Positions 62,001-64,000 of a stretch of 64,000 bases of DNA are shown here, in pieces. The stretch covers positions 1,178,001 through 1,242,000 of the forward strand of contig JADEYG010000004.1 of assembly GCA_016906335.1 (NCBI GenBank), given 5' to 3'. The position numbers and the translations under genes were made by a program. Each line of letters opens with the position of its first letter. Positions within the stretch are counted from its first letter, which is position 1. The notes below the pieces were generated by a model. That model was not told the DNA's origin. It worked only from the letters and a program-made list of their open reading frames with translations, and ran no database searches. Source of the DNA: Novakomyces olei (taxonomy: Eukaryota).

Positions 62001-64000
62001 CTGATTGAGGTTGGGCGGGTTTACGAGCAGTATTCCGTCACAAATATGCCCACCCGTCTCCTGCGCCAGGCTAAACAGCTCGGGTTTTCCGACAGGCAGC
62101 TGGCCAAGTTCCTCGGGTCGAACGAGATGGCAGTCAGGCGGCTGCGCTTGGAGTGCGGAGTGCGGCCGAGTGTCAAGCAGATTGATACAGTAGCGGCCGA
62201 GTTTCCTGCGCATACAAACTACCTCTATCTAACTTATAGCGGCACTGAGAGTGACGTAACTTTTGAGGACAGAGGCGTAATGGTCCTCGGGTCCGGAGTG
62301 TACCGTATCGGCTCCTCTGTCGAGTTTGATTGGTGTGCCGTAAGGGCAGTAAGGACGCTGAGGGATGTTGGACTCAAGACGGTAATGGTCAACTACAATC
62401 CCGAGACAGTGAGCACTGACTATGACGAAGTCGATCGGCTCTACTTTGAGAATATCAGCCTTGAAACAGTGCTGGACGTGTACGAGGCCGAATCAGCTAG
62501 TGGAGTCATCGTCTCTATGGGCGGACAGACGCCCAACAATATAGCTCTGGCTCTGTACCAGCAAAACGTCAATATCCTGGGCACTCTGCCCGAGATGATT
62601 GACAGTGCGGAGAACAGGTACAAGTTCTCCCGGATGCTGGACGTGTTGGGTGTCGACCAGCCGGCGTGGAAGGAGCTGAGCAGTATCGAGGACGCTTACG
62701 ACTTTTGCGAAAGAGTCGGCTATCCAGTTCTGGTGAGGCCGTCGTACGTTCTGTCTGGAGCCGCAATGAACACTGTCTATTCCCGAGACGATCTGGCCTC
62801 TTACCTGCAGCAGGCAGTAGCCGTAAACAGGGACCATCCTGTCGTTATTTCAAAGTACATTGAAAATGCCAAAGAAATCGAGATGGATGCAGTTGCTAGG
62901 GATGGCCAGTTGCTGGCTCATTTCATCTCTGAGCATGTGGAAAATGCGGGTGTACATTCCGGGGACGCTACGCTTATCCACCCGCCCCAGGATCTCGACC
63001 CAGAGACGATTGCCGGGATAGAGGAGGCCACAGTAAAGATTGCCAATGCGCTAAACGTGACGGGTCCGTTTAATATCCAGTTTATAGCCAAGGACAATGC
63101 CATCAAGGTGATTGAGTGCAATGTGAGAGCAGCACGCTCTTTTCCTTTTGTCTCTAAAGTAGAGGGCATTGATTTGATTGAGATTGCTACTCGTGCTATC
63201 GTCGGAGAGCCGGTAGACTTTTTGCTAAAGTCAAACAATAGTAATAGCAATAGCAGACGCAATATTGTGGGCGTCAAAGTGCCACAGTTTAGCTTCTCTC
63301 GGCTGTCTGGAGCCGACCCCGTCTCTGGAGTAGAGATGGCTTCTACCGGCGAAGTTGCCTGCTTTGGAAGGGACAAGTGTGAGGCGTACCTGAAGGCTCT
63401 GCTCTCGAGCAATCTGCGTCTGCCTAAACGCAATATCCTCTTCTCTGTCGGCTCTTTTAAGGAAAAAATGGAGATTCTGCCCAGCGTAGCACGGCTGCAC
63501 CAAGCCGGGTTCAGCCTGTTTGCCACGTCTGGCACTTTTGATTTCTTTCAGGAACACGGGATTCCTTGCAAGTACCTGGAAAGCCTTCCACACGGCAATA
63601 ACAGTGGCAATGCCAATGCCATTGCCAATGGCAATGGCAATAATAGTAGCAATAGCAATAACAATGAGGAAAAGCAAGAGTACTCGTTGACACAGCACCT
63701 GGCCAACAACCTGATCGACATGTACATCAATCTGCCCTCGAGCAACCGGTTCCGTCGGCCGGCAAACTATATCAGCGGCGGCTACCGCAGCCGACGGCTG
63801 GCGATCGACTACTCTGTGCCGCTTGTCACCAACGTCAAGTGTGCCAAGCTCATGATTGAGGCAATTACTCGCAAAATGCCGCTCCAAGTGTCCTCCATCG
63901 ATTTTCAGACGAGCAGCACTACCGTCAGTTTTCCCGGGTTTGTGGCATTGGACGTGTTTGCTCCGCCAATAGTGGGCTCTGCTGATACAGCACAAGAGCT
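59062..64000 (+). CDS. URA2: Multifunctional pyrimidine biosynthesis protein (GATase-CPSase-pseudoDHOase...), truncated by the window end; intron 59237-59463
   Basis: [43 protein letters not shown], both CPSase halves and an MGS domain. Confidence 0.97.

Overview
Compact, gene-dense fungal (ascomycete) nuclear DNA. The very short introns, frequent AAG acceptors and close Spo5-like RRM protein suggest, by inference, an early-diverging Taphrinomycotina-type yeast. It holds about 22 housekeeping genes: CPA1, ArfGAP, ATG33-like, Est1/Ebs1-like, MET2, HSP20, SYO1, MLH1, a GNAT, a tRNA-binding OB-fold protein, SEC39, KEI1, RPO41, NOP53, RIO2, spo5-like, CPR, RPN1, a GT2-like protein, TAO3, LIP5 and the 5' part of URA2. 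Many spacers, introns and exons carry their own micro/minisatellite. Three elements are missing from the ORF track. (1) An intron-split arginine attenuator peptide uORF lies upstream of CPA1. (2) A candidate telomerase RNA lies on the minus strand at about 2340-3170, with a template, a boundary hairpin, nested enclosing helices and a possible pseudoknot; it starts just after the ArfGAP stop codon and lies 3.5 kb from an Est1-like gene. (3) An unexplained structured region with long-range pairing lies at about 21.7-22.3 kb. No mobile elements, rRNA, tRNA or CRISPR arrays were recognised. All structure and splice calls were made by eye and need computational confirmation.
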